DNA from: Octopus sinensis
Lineage: Eukaryota
Direction of reading: 5' to 3'
DNA: 64,000 nt
Assembly: GCF_006345805.1 (NCBI RefSeq)
Contig: NC_043018.1
Location: forward strand, 19,902,001 to 19,966,000
Each line of letters starts with the position of its first letter. Position 1 is the first letter of the stretch. The notes under the pieces are model-generated. The model was given only the letters and a program-made list of their open reading frames with translations. It made no database searches and was not told the origin of the DNA. Position numbers and translations under genes: made by a program. Of this stretch, positions 1 to 12,699 are shown in pieces.

Positions 1-814
1 TTTCATGACTCCCCTAACATGCATATAATTGTACCTCCACCCTCCACTCTCTCCATTTTCCTCAACCTTTCTTCCTCCTGCAGAAAACCTTCTGGCTGTT
101 TCTAAACCATCTCCCCTCTCTCTCTCTATCTTTCACTCTCTCTCTCCCTCCCACTCCAACACCTTCATGCCACTCCTTCAAGATTCCCCATCACCCCTCA
201 TCTTCTCCATGTCAAAGGTCAACCGAGAGAAAAAAAAACCAGCAAGGGTTTTGTACTTACTGATGTTCCAATTACCATCAGTTACCATGGCAATTTATTC
301 CCAATAGTTTCAGATCCTCCTTTCATCAAACGCCCCCCTCCTGCACCTACTACTCCTGTCCCTCCCTTATGCTTTCATTATAATTATTGAACAAATAAGG
401 GGTCATCTTGTCCTAAACATTTCATTGATCTCCAATTCAGTATAGTTCCACTGCACACCATGTATTTTTCCTTCTGTATTATTTCCAAGGCCCTTCCTTT
501 GCAATTGATATTGACCCCAACACCACAACTGCCACCACCAACCACCACCCCTCTAGCTGGTTATAAGTACCTGATGTTATCTGGGATTCACTGTTGTTCT
601 TGGCTCAAAAAGACATAACCCTTATTTACTTAATTCACCTAAAAAAAAAAACATTTGAAAGGATATTTATGTGGTGCTTGGATATGCTAGAAATAGTAGC
701 CAATCTCTTTGAAATCACACCCTACTATCTAAAAGAAAAAAAAAACCTTCGCAAGATGGATATGAGGTCACTACAGTTTAATGTGGTTTGTAGTCATGTG
801 ATGAGCTTAATATA

Positions 815-1188
815 AGTGGTTAGGGCAGCGGACTCGCGGTCATAGGATCGCTGTTTCGATTCCCAGACCGGGCGTTGTGAGTGTTTATTGAGCGAAAACA
901 CCTAAAGCTCCACGAGGCTCTGGCAGGGGATGGTGGTGATCCCTGCTGTACTCTTTCACCACAACTTTCTCTCACTCTTACTTCCTGTTTCTGTTGTACC
1001 TGTATTTCAAAGGGCCGGCCTTGTCACTCTCTGTGTCACGCTGAATATCCCCGAGAACTACGTTAAGGGTGCATGTGTCTGTGGAGTGCTTAGCCACTTA
1101 CATGTTAATTTCACGAGCAGGCTGTTCCGTTGATTCGGATCAACCAGAACCCTCGTCGTCGTAACTGACGGAGTGCTTCCACTCCACC
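815..1188 (+). mobile_element. tRNA-headed SINE, family R (long-tail subfamily), slightly 5'-truncated
   Basis: AGTGGTTAGGGCAGCGGACTCGCGG...GTTTCGATTCCC (pol III A/B-box-like head); near-identical copy on the minus strand at 52950-53336. Confidence 0.85.
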
Positions 1189-1465
1189 CATAAGTGGATG
1201 ATTAGTTTCCTTCTCTAAGACTGAGTTTGGGGTCCTAGTGCCACTGAGTAACCCCCCAAGCCACCCAAAGTTTATCGGGAGTGGGTTTGATTGAGTGAAA
1301 CTGAAAGAAGCTTGACATCATCATCGTCATCGTCATTTAATGTCTGTTTTCCATTCTGGCATGGGTTGGATGGTTTGACAAGAACCAACGAACCAGGAGA
1401 CTACATCAAGCTCCAGTGTCTGCTTTGACATGGATTTCTACTGCTGGACATATCCTTCTTTACAT

Positions 1466-1507
<42 letters not shown>

Positions 1508-1510
<3 letters not shown>

Positions 1511-1746
1511 TCATCATCATCATCATCGTTTAACGTCCGTTTTCCGCGCTAGCACGGGTTGGATGGTTCGACCAGGGTCTGGGAAGCCAGGAGGCTGCCC
1601 CAGGCTCCAGTCTGATCTGGCAGTGTTTCTACAGCTGGATGCCCTTCCTAACGCCAACTACTCTGCGAGTGTAGTGGGTGCTTTTTATGTGCTACCAGCA
1701 CAGGTGCCAGGGAAGTCTGGCAGTGGCCACGATCGGTTGGTGCTTA
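1508..1746 (-). mobile_element. Family T: RTE-type 3' tail repeat with (GAT)n tail
   Basis: (CAT)n-CGTTTAACGTCCG...GCTGGATGCCCTTCCTAACGCCAAC...GTAGTGGGTGCTTTT, shared with >15 copies in the window. Confidence 0.85.
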
Positions 1747-1894
1747 AATCTGGATATATGAAACGATCGTAGTGTTATACTAATTATCTTTTTTAATAAT
1801 TTTTAAATAATATAAATTAATTGATCTTATGTATTGGCTTAAATTTTTCATTGTATGATTTGCCTAATAGTGGTTTTACTCTAATTTAATATAA

Positions 1895-1925
<31 letters not shown>

Positions 1926-1944
1926 GCATGTCTGCAATCCACAA

Positions 1945-2228
1945 CAGAAGTGTTATATAAAGCACTCATGGTGTTACTATGTAAAAGCGCCCATGCAGTG
2001 CCACGTAAAAGTGCCCATGGACTGTCACATAAAAGCATCCAGCACACTCTGTAAAGTGGTTGGCATGTTAGGAAGGGCATCCAGCCATAGAAACCATACC
2101 AAAACAGACTGGAACCTGGTGCAGCTCCCACCACCGCCACCACCACCAGCTTGCCAGCTCTGGTCAGACTGTCCAACCCATGCCAGCATGGACAAGTGAC
2201 ATTAAATGATGATGAGGATGATGATGAT
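1945..2228 (+). mobile_element. Family T, diverged copy
   Basis: GTTAGGAAGGGCATCCAGC...GTCCAACCCATGCCAGCATGG...TTAAATGATGATG. Confidence 0.75.
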
Positions 2229-4303
2229 TTACTCAATCATTCACTCACCAGGGCACCTGCTTTTCCAGCTGGAGGAACCCAGGACCATCTGCTTGGTGCT
2301 GGTTGATTTCATTAAGATTTCATGTTTTCACCAAGACTCCTCCATGTCCAACTTTGGTTGGTTTCCCTCTCAGATTCGTTCTTATAATTTCTAATACAGT
2401 CTCCAATAAACATCTCAGCAGTTGAATCATAAATGTTGAAATCCACATCATAATATCGTTCGTCCGATCACATTTCTGTATTCATAGTAAACCACTTGTT
2501 TGTTTTTACCAATTCCGAAACATTGAAGAACACAAGAAAAACAAACAAATACAATAAATAGAGAAAATAAATAAAATAAATGTAGGAATTATAAAAAAAA
2601 TGTAGTTAAATAATTCCCCATAGAAAGAAGAAATCTCTTCATATTTTCTTTTGTCATCCACCGGAATCAAATTTTCTGTCATCATCAACCGGAACCCAAT
2701 TTTCTGTCATCAACAGGAACTGTCTTTTTCTATCATCAACAGGAACCATATTCTCTGAACTGATATCAACAACTCTGTTTGCTCCTCGGCTGTGTTTATA
2801 GTTCTCTGTTTGTTTGATGTTATACTAAATGTCATCGGCACAAATTTTTGATCAGTTTTGAACTCAAGAACAGACAGAACAAGGGAACGGAAAGACGAGG
2901 GAGGAGGGAAGCAAGACGTGATTCAGATTCCATTTTGTTTTTTTTTTTTTTTTTTCCTTTCAGAGATCACACCAAAAAAAAAAAAAAGAAAAAAAGAAAA
3001 AAAAAGAAAACATATAAATAAAATATAACAGAAACCAAAAATGAACAAGACAAAAAAAAAAAATTAATTAAAATTTTTTTTCATTTCTAGAAATTTTGGC
3101 AACAAAATCAATAAATTTGTTGTGGGAATGGACAGTTGAATGTAGAGTTGAATGTTGTCTTTTAAAATTACATTTAATTCTCTGCTTCCACAAAAAAAGA
3201 CATTTCGTGAAAATAAATGCATTCGGACAGAGAATAGTTAACATCCACATTGACTAAGGTTTGTTTGGGTTAAACAAGGGCAAGAAACAGTGGAAAATAT
3301 TTAACAATTTCTATTGTTTCAAGAACAATGCTGAACAATTCTCAGAAAATTCTCTAAGATTTCTTCAGTTTTTTTTTTTTCGTCTTCTTCTTCATTTTTT
3401 TTTTCTTCTTTCTTTTTTGTTGTTGTTGTTATTGTTGTTGTAGTTAATGCTGTTCTATTTCTCTGAAATTGGCTCTTTTTGTTTAAATTGTTTGTTTGTT
3501 TGTATGTATGTTTTGTTTGGTCTTCGTTAATGTTTGATAAAACACGAAGTTATTGGTGTTTACGGAGCACACTAACCTCCGCTACTCAGAAGTGCAATGT
3601 GAAAAGAGAGTTTTGTTCGAGCTTGGCTGTTAATTAAATCAAATTTTGCTGTTATTTGCAAAAAAAAAAAAACCCCCAAAAAAATAAAACCCCCAAAAGA
3701 AAACCAAAAAAAAAAAAACCAACACTGCAATATTGACTGGGAGCTTTGAGCTAGCTTCAGCAGCAGACAAAATATCCAAATAACAGAACACAACATCGCT
3801 TAAACCTTTCCATCTCATTCAATATTTTGTCATATAATTTGCTACAAATTCTGGGAAGAAGCTGCAGAGGAGTAAAGACATTACATGGAAGAGCAAAGCA
3901 ATGCAAAGCAGCTGAAATTTCATATACTCTGCTGTTCCATGTATGGGTGTTACTGCCTTGATTTACTTTTTCAAGCCCAAATTTATTTGCCAATCATTTA
4001 TGTGTGTGTGTTCCCCGTTTTGTGTGGCTGTCATTTCTAGGTCAGTCCTGATCAAACATACCTGTGATTAATGCTGATCCAACTACAGGTGTGCATGTGC
4101 ATGCATTATATGTATATCACCACCACCACTTAGACATATATTAAGGTCCTTTAAAAAGAGTACACACATTATTAACCTGTGTATATTATATGCTTTTGGA
4201 GTTGGTTTGTGAGAAATATATTCTTCACCTGCAAAGTTCAGGGATTTTTTATACTCTCCACTGATACGACTTCTAAATACTGTATATGTGTACATAATCG
4301 TCG

Positions 4304-4336
<33 letters not shown>

Positions 4337-4576
4337 GTGTTTCAACGTTCATTTTTCCATACCTGCATAGGTTTAGACGGAGTTTATTGAGCCAGATTTT
4401 CTGTCTAAACTAGAATGCCCTTCATGTCGCCAACCCTCATCAAGGTAATATTTCCCCACAGCCAGATATGTTCTCAGAGAATACTGGAAACAAACAACAC
4501 TGCTTGTACGACAGTGATACTCATTTACAACTATCATGCAGTGTAAAGACAAGACAACGCAAGCACACGCACACAG

Positions 4577-4745
4577 TGGGCTTCAACATAGTTTCCGTCT
4601 ACCAGATTCACTCACAAAAAATTTTGTTTGGCCTGGAGCTGAGCCGTTGCAGAAGACACTTGCCCAAGGTGCTGTGCAGTGGGACTGAACCCAAAACAAT
4701 GTGGCTGGGAAGCAAACTTCTTAACCACACAGCCACATAGGCATG
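4577..4745 (-). mobile_element. Family K SINE, 5' part
   Basis: GTTTCCGTCTACCAGATTCACTCAC...ACTTGCCCAAGGTGC...GGGACTGAACCC...ACCACACAGCCAC. Confidence 0.75.
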
Positions 4746-4747
4746 TG

Positions 4748-4778
<31 letters not shown>

Positions 4779-4929
4779 TTTCTTCCCACCCCTCTCTCTC
4801 TCTCTCCATACACATACACGCATGCGATCCTTAATTTTCTCATTTAGTAATTCCTGTTTCATATCACTGACTTTATACACCAATGTTTTGTCTGTCTCTC
4901 ATTCCTATTTCCATTTCTGAAGATACTTT

Positions 4930-4975
<46 letters not shown>

Positions 4976-5009
4976 AATATGTCTCTACACAAGGAATATA
5001 TTCATTGCT

Positions 5010-5476
5010 ACACACACACACACACACACACACATACGCTCTATTATTGTCTTTTGTATAAATGTAAATTGCATGTATATTGTACAAGTACTATATCTTT
5101 GTGATTGTGTTTATGTGAGGCCTGTATGCAATGTATTATTACATCACCTATATGTAATGTATTATAGGCATTCACAAGAAAATATCCGTCCCTCCTTCTC
5201 TCCTTGTCTATACATATATACTCACACACACACACATATATATGCACACACACACATGCACATATCTATTGCATACACACACACACACACACACTCATAC
5301 ACACACACACACACATGCACATATCTATTGCATACACACACACACTCACACACACACACACACATATATATATATACACGCACACATATGCACATATCTA
5401 TTGCACACACACACACTCACATTCACAGACACAGACACATAATTATATACACGCACACACATGCACACATCTATTG

Positions 5477-5510
<34 letters not shown>

Positions 5511-5642
5511 CATGCACACACATGCACACGTCTATTGCATACACACACACACACTCAAACACACACGCATATACACACACACACATGCACACACACACAC
5601 ACACATGCACACACACATACACACACTCAAACACACACACAC
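5010..5642. repeat. Compound (CA)n/(TA)n tract with recurring CATGCACATATCTATTGCA motif
   Basis: Motif recurs near 5255, 5315, 5386, 5460 and 5521, separated by (CA)n. Confidence 0.9.
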
Positions 5643-6104
5643 GTTTGAAAGCAGTTTTGAAGTCACTGTGAAATTAAACTAACATGCAACATTAGTTTCT
5701 TTCTGGCTTACATTGTCATCTTATATCTACATTTTCATTCATCCATTCCTTCATTCCTTCCTTCCTTCCTTCCTCCATTCATTCATTCATTTATTATTAT
5801 CATTATTATTATTATTAGTTTCATCATCATCATCATCGTCCAGTTCATTTACGCCTTACTCTGCAGGTTTCGCTAACTGCAAACATTACATTACGCCGTG
5901 TGCTTATTTCCCATCTGTCCATAAATATCGTCGACGAGTCGTATGTGAGACGGGCGTATTATTAATGGATACACTTTTATTCGGCAATATTACTTTACAG
6001 TCCTATTTATTAATATCGTGGCTTATCTTGGAGTGGCTTATGTTCGGAACTAGAAATATCACAGAGCTAATGCTTGCCATTGTTTCTTACCATATATGTA
6101 TTTT

Positions 6105-6136
<32 letters not shown>

Positions 6137-6164
6137 CATATATATATACATATATATACATATG

Positions 6165-6233
<69 letters not shown>

Positions 6234-6279
6234 GCATATATATATATATATGTATGTGTATATATATATATATATAATA

Positions 6280-6321
<42 letters not shown>

Positions 6322-6395
6322 ATATATACTCATATATATATATGCGTATATATGTATACACACAACACACATATCTATATATATGTATATATCAT
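6105..6395. repeat. (TG)n/(TA)n microsatellite
   Basis: Direct reading. Confidence 0.95.
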
Positions 6396-6614
6396 CGTCA
6401 TCATCATCATAATCATCATCATTTAAAGTCCGCTTCCCATGCTATCATGGGTTGGACGGTTTGACTGAGGACTGGCGAGCCAGATGGCTGCACCAGACTC
6501 CAATATGATCCGGCAGAGTTTCTACAGCTGGATGCCCTTCCTAATGCCAACCACTCTGAGAGTGTAGTGGGTGCTTTTACGTGCCACCGGCATGAGAGCC
6601 TGTCTGGCAGTACA

Positions 6615-6841
6615 TATTTCTTTATTACCCACAAGGGGCTAAACACAGAGGGGACAAACAAGGACAGACATAGGTATTAAGTCGATTACATCGACCCCAG
6701 TGCGTAACTGGTACTTGATTTATCGACCCCGAAAGGATGAAAGGCAAAGTCGACCTCGGCGGAATTCGAACTCACAACGTAACGCAGACGAAATACCGCT
6801 AAGCATTTCGCCCGGCGTGCTAACGATTCTGCCAGCTCACC
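6615..6841 (-). mobile_element. Family M SINE nested in a T element (duplicate at ~7690-7912)
   Basis: TATTTCTTTATTACCCACAAGGGGCTAAACAC...GAAAGGATGAAAGGCAAAGTCGAC...GAATTCGAACTC...GCCAGCTCACC. Confidence 0.85.
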
Positions 6842-7015
6842 AGTACAGCAATGGCCACGCTCAAATGCTGCTTTTTATGTGCCATCTGCACAGAAGTCCA
6901 GTGGCACTGGCAACGACCTTGCTCGAATGTTTTATTCACGTGCCACCGGCACAAGTGCCAGTAAGGCAATGCATGCAATAATCACGCTCATATGGTGCTT
7001 TTTACGTGCCACCAA

Positions 7016-7309
7016 AATCCGTTCTTTCTATGTGTGTGTCTTCTAGGATCTCGGGTATCCTCCATCCGATTGTGCTCAAATTTGATTTGTTGACACCGAC
7101 AGTATCAGGGCGTGTATAAGTCTTGAAAAAATTACAAAAGTCGATTCCAGGTGAGAATGCGATCAATAAAGCCATGAGGACGTGCATTTGTATGTGGAAG
7201 TACATGCGAGAAAAATGCACGTGCCTATGGGATGGTCGGACAAGTTGTTTTTAGAAAATTTGGTTTGACAACTCAGCACTGTCCATTGGACAGCGGGCGT
7301 TTTGCTCGT
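7016..7309 (+). mobile_element. Probable non-autonomous Helitron-like 3' fragment (duplicate at ~8101-8395)
   Basis: Hairpin CTGTCCA-T-TGGACAG at 7279-7293, ~11 nt before a CTCG|T end (CTAG|T-like); CCGATTGTGCTCAAATTTG motif. Confidence 0.5.
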
Positions 7310-8557
7310 ATGTGTATGTATATATATATATATATATATGTATGTGTATGTATGTATGTGTATATATATATGTGTATTTATATATATATATGTGTGTGTA
7401 TATATATATATATATATGCCAGCTTGCCGCCTTGATGATGATAATATTAATATGTATATATACCACACATCGATATCATCATCATCATCATCATCATTTA
7501 GCGTCCGTTTTCCATGCTAGCATGGGTTGGACGGTTTGACTGAGGACTGGCGAGCCAGATGGCTGCACCAGACTCCAATATGATCCGGCAGAGTTTCTAC
7601 AGCTGGATGCCCTTCCTAATGCCAACCACTCTGAGAGTGTAGTGGGTGCTTTTACGTGCCACCGGCATGAGAGCCTGTCTGGCGTACATATTTCTTTATT
7701 ACCCACAAGGGCTAAACACAGAGGGGACAAACAAGGACAGACATAGGTATTAAGTCGATTACATCGACCCCAGTGCGTAACTGGTACTTGATTTATCGAC
7801 CCCGAAAGGATGAAAGGCAAAGTCGACCTCGGCGGAATTCGAACTCACAACGTAACGCAGACGAAATACCGCTAAGCATTCGCCCGGCGTGCTAACGATT
7901 CTGCCAGCTCACCAGTACAGCAATGGCCACGCTCAAATGCTGCTTTTTATGTGCCATCTGCACAGAAGTCCAGTGGCACTGGCAACGACCTTGCTCGAGT
8001 GTTTTATTCACGTGCCACCGGCACAAGTGCCACCGGCACAAGTGCCAGTAAGGCAATGCATGCAATAATCACGCTCAAATGGTGCTTTTTACGTGCCACC
8101 AAAATCCGTTCTTTCTATGTGTGTGTCTTCTAGGATCTCGGGTATCCTCCATCCGATTGTGCTCAAATTTGATTTGTTGACACCGACAGTATCAGGGCAT
8201 GTATAAGTCTTGAAAAAATTACAAAAGTCGATTCCAGGTGAGAATGCGATCAATAAAGCCATGAGGACGTGCATTTGTATGTGGAAGTACATGCGAGAAA
8301 AATGCACGTGCCTATGGGATGGTCGGACAAGTTGTTTTTAGAAAATTTGGTTTGACAACTCAGCACTGTCCATTGGACAGCGGGCGTTTTGCTCGTATGT
8401 GTATGTATATATATATATATATATATGTAGTGTATGTATGTATGTGTATATATATATGTGTATTATATATATATATGTGTGTGTATATATATATATATGC
8501 CAGCTTGCCGCCTTGATGATGATAATATTAATATGTATATATACACACACATCGATA

Positions 8558-8940
8558 TCATCATCATCATCATCATCATTTAGCGTCCGTTTTCCATGCT
8601 AGCATGGATTGGACGGTTCTACTGGGGTCTGTGAAGCCAGAAGGCTTCATCAGGCCCAGTCAAATCTGGCAGTGTTTCTACGGCTGGATGCCCTTCCTAA
8701 CGCCAACCACTCCGTGAGTGTAGTGGGTGCTTTTTACGTGCCACCCGCACTGGTGCCAGACAGAGCTGGCAAATGGCCACAAACGGATGGTGCTTTTTAT
8801 GTGCCACCGGCACGAGGGCCAGGCGAGGCTGGCAACGGACACGAAACGGGGCGGTGCTGGCAACGGTCGCGAAACGGAAAGTTCTCTTACATGCCACCGG
8901 CACTGGTAACACATCTGCAATTTCCATTGATCGATTTCGA
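8558..8940 (-). mobile_element. Family T with several ~62-bp modules and upstream ATCAATGGAA segment
   Basis: Three GTGCCACC-containing modules; distal end reads ATCAATGGAAATTG...TACCAGTGCCGGTGGCA on the minus strand, matching the unit start of the 30345-32575 array. Confidence 0.85.
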
Positions 8941-9787
8941 TACACACACATCTATATATATATACATATATATAATTTTTTATATATATATATACACATC
9001 AATATATATGCATATATACATACATATATAAGAGGGTATTGTACTTTGCTTGGAGCATTGTGTATTGTTTGTAAAGAATAAAGTGTTTTGAAAGGCACAA
9101 CAATGCACTATAATAACAACAACAATGGACTAAAATAAGAACTTTTGTAATTGAATCATCCACAGTCTGATATAATATTTTGGAATATAAAAATTCCTTC
9201 TTCGGATATCCCTAGGAATTGATCCAGTTATTGCTATAATCGATTTTCCAACGGATTTTTTCTTTTTTCCTGGAAGCATCTCTGCAGTGGCCTCATGAAG
9301 CTCCTTCCAGAATTCCTCATGAGAAGTGCATGAGGGCGGCCACGTCCCAAGCTCATGTGTGCTGGCACACCCATAGCGGTACTTCTAAGTTATTTACTAT
9401 ACATCCAGTTTCCATTTTCTTCCCCTTTCTGTTTTTTTTTATAAACAATACATGAGCATTTATCAAAAATGAACTTACATGCATCCAGATGTAGCTAAAT
9501 AATATATTGACTGCCAACCTCCAGCCTGTTGTTAATTTGGGGCCCAAGTCTGTGTATGAGTATAGCTTCCTTAATTCTTAGATTACCCAAATTTCTTTCA
9601 TTGGCCTCAATTATGACCGTTATGCTTTTGCCGGCGTTCTGGCATCTGGCATCAAATGATAAAACAGGTCAGTTTATCTCAAATTCTTTGTAAACTCCTA
9701 AATATATCTCCTTCTGTATGTATATATATATGTATACCACCAAAATATGACCATTTTGAACTTATAATTTTTTGTGTATATATATAC

Positions 9788-9951
9788 AGGCGCAGGAGTG
9801 GCTGTGTGGTAAGTAGCTTGCTTACCAACCACATGGTTCCAGGTTCAGTCCCACTGCGTGGCACCTTGGGCAAGTGTCTTCTACTATAGCCTCGGGCCGA
9901 CCAAATCCCTGTCAGTGGTTTTGGTAGACGGACACTGAAAGAAGCCCGTCG

Positions 9952-9988
<37 letters not shown>

Positions 9989-10189
9989 TTGTATTGTCCC
10001 CCCAACATTGCTTGACAACCGATGGTGGTGTGTTTACGTCCCCATAACTTAGCGGTTCGGCAAAAGAGACTGATAGATTAAGTACTAGGCTTACAAAGAA
10101 TAAGTCCTTGGGTTGATTTGTTTGACTAAAGGCGGTGCTCCAGCATGGCCACAGTCACATGACTGAAACAAGTAAAAGAGAGTAAAAGA

Positions 10190-10190
<1 letters not shown>
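9788..10190 (+). mobile_element. Family K SINE, full length (~400 bp)
   Basis: GGCGCAGGAGTGGCTGTGTGG...GGTTCAGTCCC head, internal (TA/TG)n, (TAAAAGAG)n tail. Confidence 0.9.
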
Positions 10191-10224
<34 letters not shown>

Positions 10225-10567
10225 TAGATACTTCCAAACAAACATGATTTTTAATGAAATCCTAATATTTTTTATGAACTTTTTAATATTTTCTCAAGAT
10301 TTTCCCTTGTAAACTGTTTTAATATTTTTCTTATTATTATCAAAGAATATATATATTTATTGTAATATTTTGTGACAACCAGTACTTGACACAATAAAGT
10401 TTTTACAAAGCTTTTACATTTTACTTTAGACAATCTTTTTCTAAAAAAAATGAAATCGGTCAAGTGAAAAAAACACCTTTTAAAATTGCATTTTCAAACC
10501 TTCTTTCATATATATTTCCACTTGTGTGGTATCTTACAACTTCATTTTGTTCTATATATATATATAT

Positions 10568-10613
<46 letters not shown>

Positions 10614-10620
10614 ATATATA

Positions 10621-10706
<86 letters not shown>

Positions 10707-10708
10707 GT

Positions 10709-11010
10709 GGAGGCGCAATGGCCCAGTGGTTAGGGCAGCGGACTCGCGGTCGTAGGATCGCAATTTCAATTCCCAGACCGGGTGGTGTATGTGTTTATTG
10801 AGCGAAAACACCCAAAAGCTCCACGACGCTCCGGCAGGGGGTGGTGATTCCTGCTGTACTCTTTCACCACTCTTTCTCTCTTTCTTCTGTTGGCCTGCTC
10901 ACTTAGCCAGCGGGGTGGCGTCATTCGAAGGCTGAAACAATGTGAAGCGCTTTGTGACCAGCGATATGTAACAACATCTGATGGTCTGGTCGGTCACGTG
11001 ATCACGTGAT
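10709..11010 (+). mobile_element. Family R SINE, alternative-tail subfamily
   Basis: GGAGGCGCAATGGCCCAGTGGTTAGGGCAGCGG head; tail ends GGTCACGTGATCACGTGAT; sister copy at 23811-24113 (-). Confidence 0.88.
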
Positions 11011-11048
11011 ATATCTATATATATATATATATATAAAAACTTGATTTC

Positions 11049-11065
11049 GAAACGTACGTCCGTAG
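11049..11065 (+). ncRNA. 3' half of a minimal hammerhead ribozyme (GAAAC-GTAC-GTC), 5' half missing
   Basis: GAAAC 11049-53, palindromic loop GTAC, GTC cleavage triplet 11058-60; lies ~470 nt upstream of a Penelope-like ORF start. Confidence 0.45.
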
Positions 11066-11526
11066 ATAACTTAAAAATGTATGATAGATTGCCGTCAATT
11101 CATTCTCTCTTACCTGTTTGTGTCTGCCTTCCAATTGCTGTTTTTACTGAGATCTCCCTTTTTAGTAGAAGAAATAGCTATAACTCTTTGACTGCTATTT
11201 CTAAATTCGGTATGTGGTAAGGCAATTCGTTGCTAAACCCTTTATTGCTTAGTATATATATATATATATCAATCAGTGCCTGATGAATGTTCATATGTCC
11301 ATGAAGATATAAGTATCATGTATAACATATGTAGTATGAAACCTTTAGAGTAATATTAGACTCTCATTGGATGGAGTACTCTTATTGATTTTTACACAAT
11401 AGAATTTCATATATTTTCACCCCCTTACATCGGCTGTCGATTATATATTTATACGTAGCATGACTGGAATGATTGTGGTATAAGGGAGTCGCTCTGAAAA
11501 AAATCTAATTAGGCTTTGCAACAAAC

Positions 11527-12030
11527 ATGGATTTATACCAAATTAGCTATTCAACCAAGAATTTACCGATACCTATTTCTTTACTACCCACAAGGGGCTA
11601 AACACAGAGAGGACAAACAAGGACAGACAAACGGATCAAGTCGATTTTACCGACCCCAGTGAATAACGGGTACATATTTAATCGACCCCGAAAGGATGAA
11701 AGGCAAAGTTGACCTTGGCGGAATTTGAACTCAGAACGTAACAGCAGATGAAATACGGCTATGCATTTCGCCCAGGGTGCTAACGTTTCTGCCAGCTCGC
11801 CCAAGAATTTACCAATACCACCAAAGCATCTTTATCTCGGAAGGCTGCTAGAGAAAGTTAAGGACCTTGTGTAAAGAATACGATGGAAGGCAATATTTTT
11901 TGGTTCTGGAGGATCTACAGTGTATAAAGAGAACTATGGTTTGAAAGTGAAAAGATACCTCCCCACTGATAAAGATGGAGTTCCATTCGTATCTGATCTG
12001 CTTAATTTAGTTATTAGCATTAGATTTTCC
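11527..12030 (+). pseudogene. N-terminus of a Penelope-like element ORF, interrupted by an M SINE, one in-frame stop
   Basis: MDLYQISYSTKNLPIP[SINE]PKHLYLGRLLEKVKDLV*RIRWKAIFF...KENYGLK...PFVSDLLNLVISIRF, which resembles (from recall) the PLE N-terminal YSxKNIPIP/RMRWKA/ENYGFK motifs. Confidence 0.6.
11574..11800 (-). mobile_element. Family M SINE with 19-bp target duplication
   Basis: CCAAGAATTTACC(G/A)ATACC at 11555-11573 and 11801-11819. Confidence 0.9.
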
Positions 12031-12039
12031 AAAAATAAT

Positions 12040-12073
<34 letters not shown>

Positions 12074-12286
12074 AGAGAGAGAAAGAGTTCAATCAAGACC
12101 CGATGAACGTACATATGTACGTGAAACTATTAGTAGGACATATAATGCATATAGTATGCATCGGTGTGCAGTCTTTGCCAGGTCAGGCTGGAGACTGATG
12201 CAGCCTTCTGGCTTGCCAGCCCTCAGTCAAACCATCCAACCCATACCAGCATGGAAAGCACATGTTAAACAATGATGATGATATAT

Positions 12287-12693
12287 AGGCGCAGGAGTGG
12301 CTGTGTGGTAAGTAGCTTGCTAACCAACCACATGGTTCCGGGTTCAGTCCCACTGCTTGGCATCTTGGGCAAGTGTCTTCTGCTATAGCCCCGGGCCGAC
12401 CAATGCCTTGTGAGTGGATTTGGTAGACGGAAACTGAAAGAAGCCTGTCGTATATATGTATATATATATGTGTGTGTGTGTGTGTTTGTGCTTGTCCCCC
12501 TAGCATTGCTTGACAACCGATGCTGGTGTGTTTACGTCCCCGTCACCTAGCAGTTCAGCAAAAGAGACCGATCGAATAAGTACTGGGCTTACAAAGAATA
12601 AGTCCCGGGGTCGAGTTGCTCGGCTAAAGGCGGTGCTCCAGCATGGCTGCAGTCAAATGACTGAAACAAGTAAAAGAGTAAAAGAGTAAAGAG
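12287..12693 (+). mobile_element. Family K SINE, full length, directly after a truncated T tail (~12190-12280)
   Basis: Same head, body and tail as 9788-10190. Confidence 0.9.
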
Positions 12694-12699
12694 TATATA

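Larger units (their letters stand above)
6400..8560. repeat. Tandem segmental duplication, ~1.08-kb unit (T element + nested M SINE + Helitron-like fragment + microsatellite)
   Basis: GTGCGTAACTGG at 6700 and 7773; TACATGCGAG at 7201 and 8288; unit borders fall in T-family (CAT)n tails. Confidence 0.92.

Noticed and set aside
4935-6464. Long ORFs (237 aa and others) rich in HT, YI and CV dipeptides
   Set aside because: Translations of (CA)n/(TA)n/(TG)n microsatellites; the same applies to 20401-20839, 25187-26189, 29064-29597, 43230-44510 and 55770-56315.
10709-10785. tRNA genes
   Set aside because: tRNA-like A/B boxes are SINE heads fused to repeat bodies and present in many diverged copies; no complete cloverleaf.
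11278-11325. CTGATGA-ATG..CAT-GAAG motif
   Set aside because: GAAG instead of GAAA and no stem I pairing.
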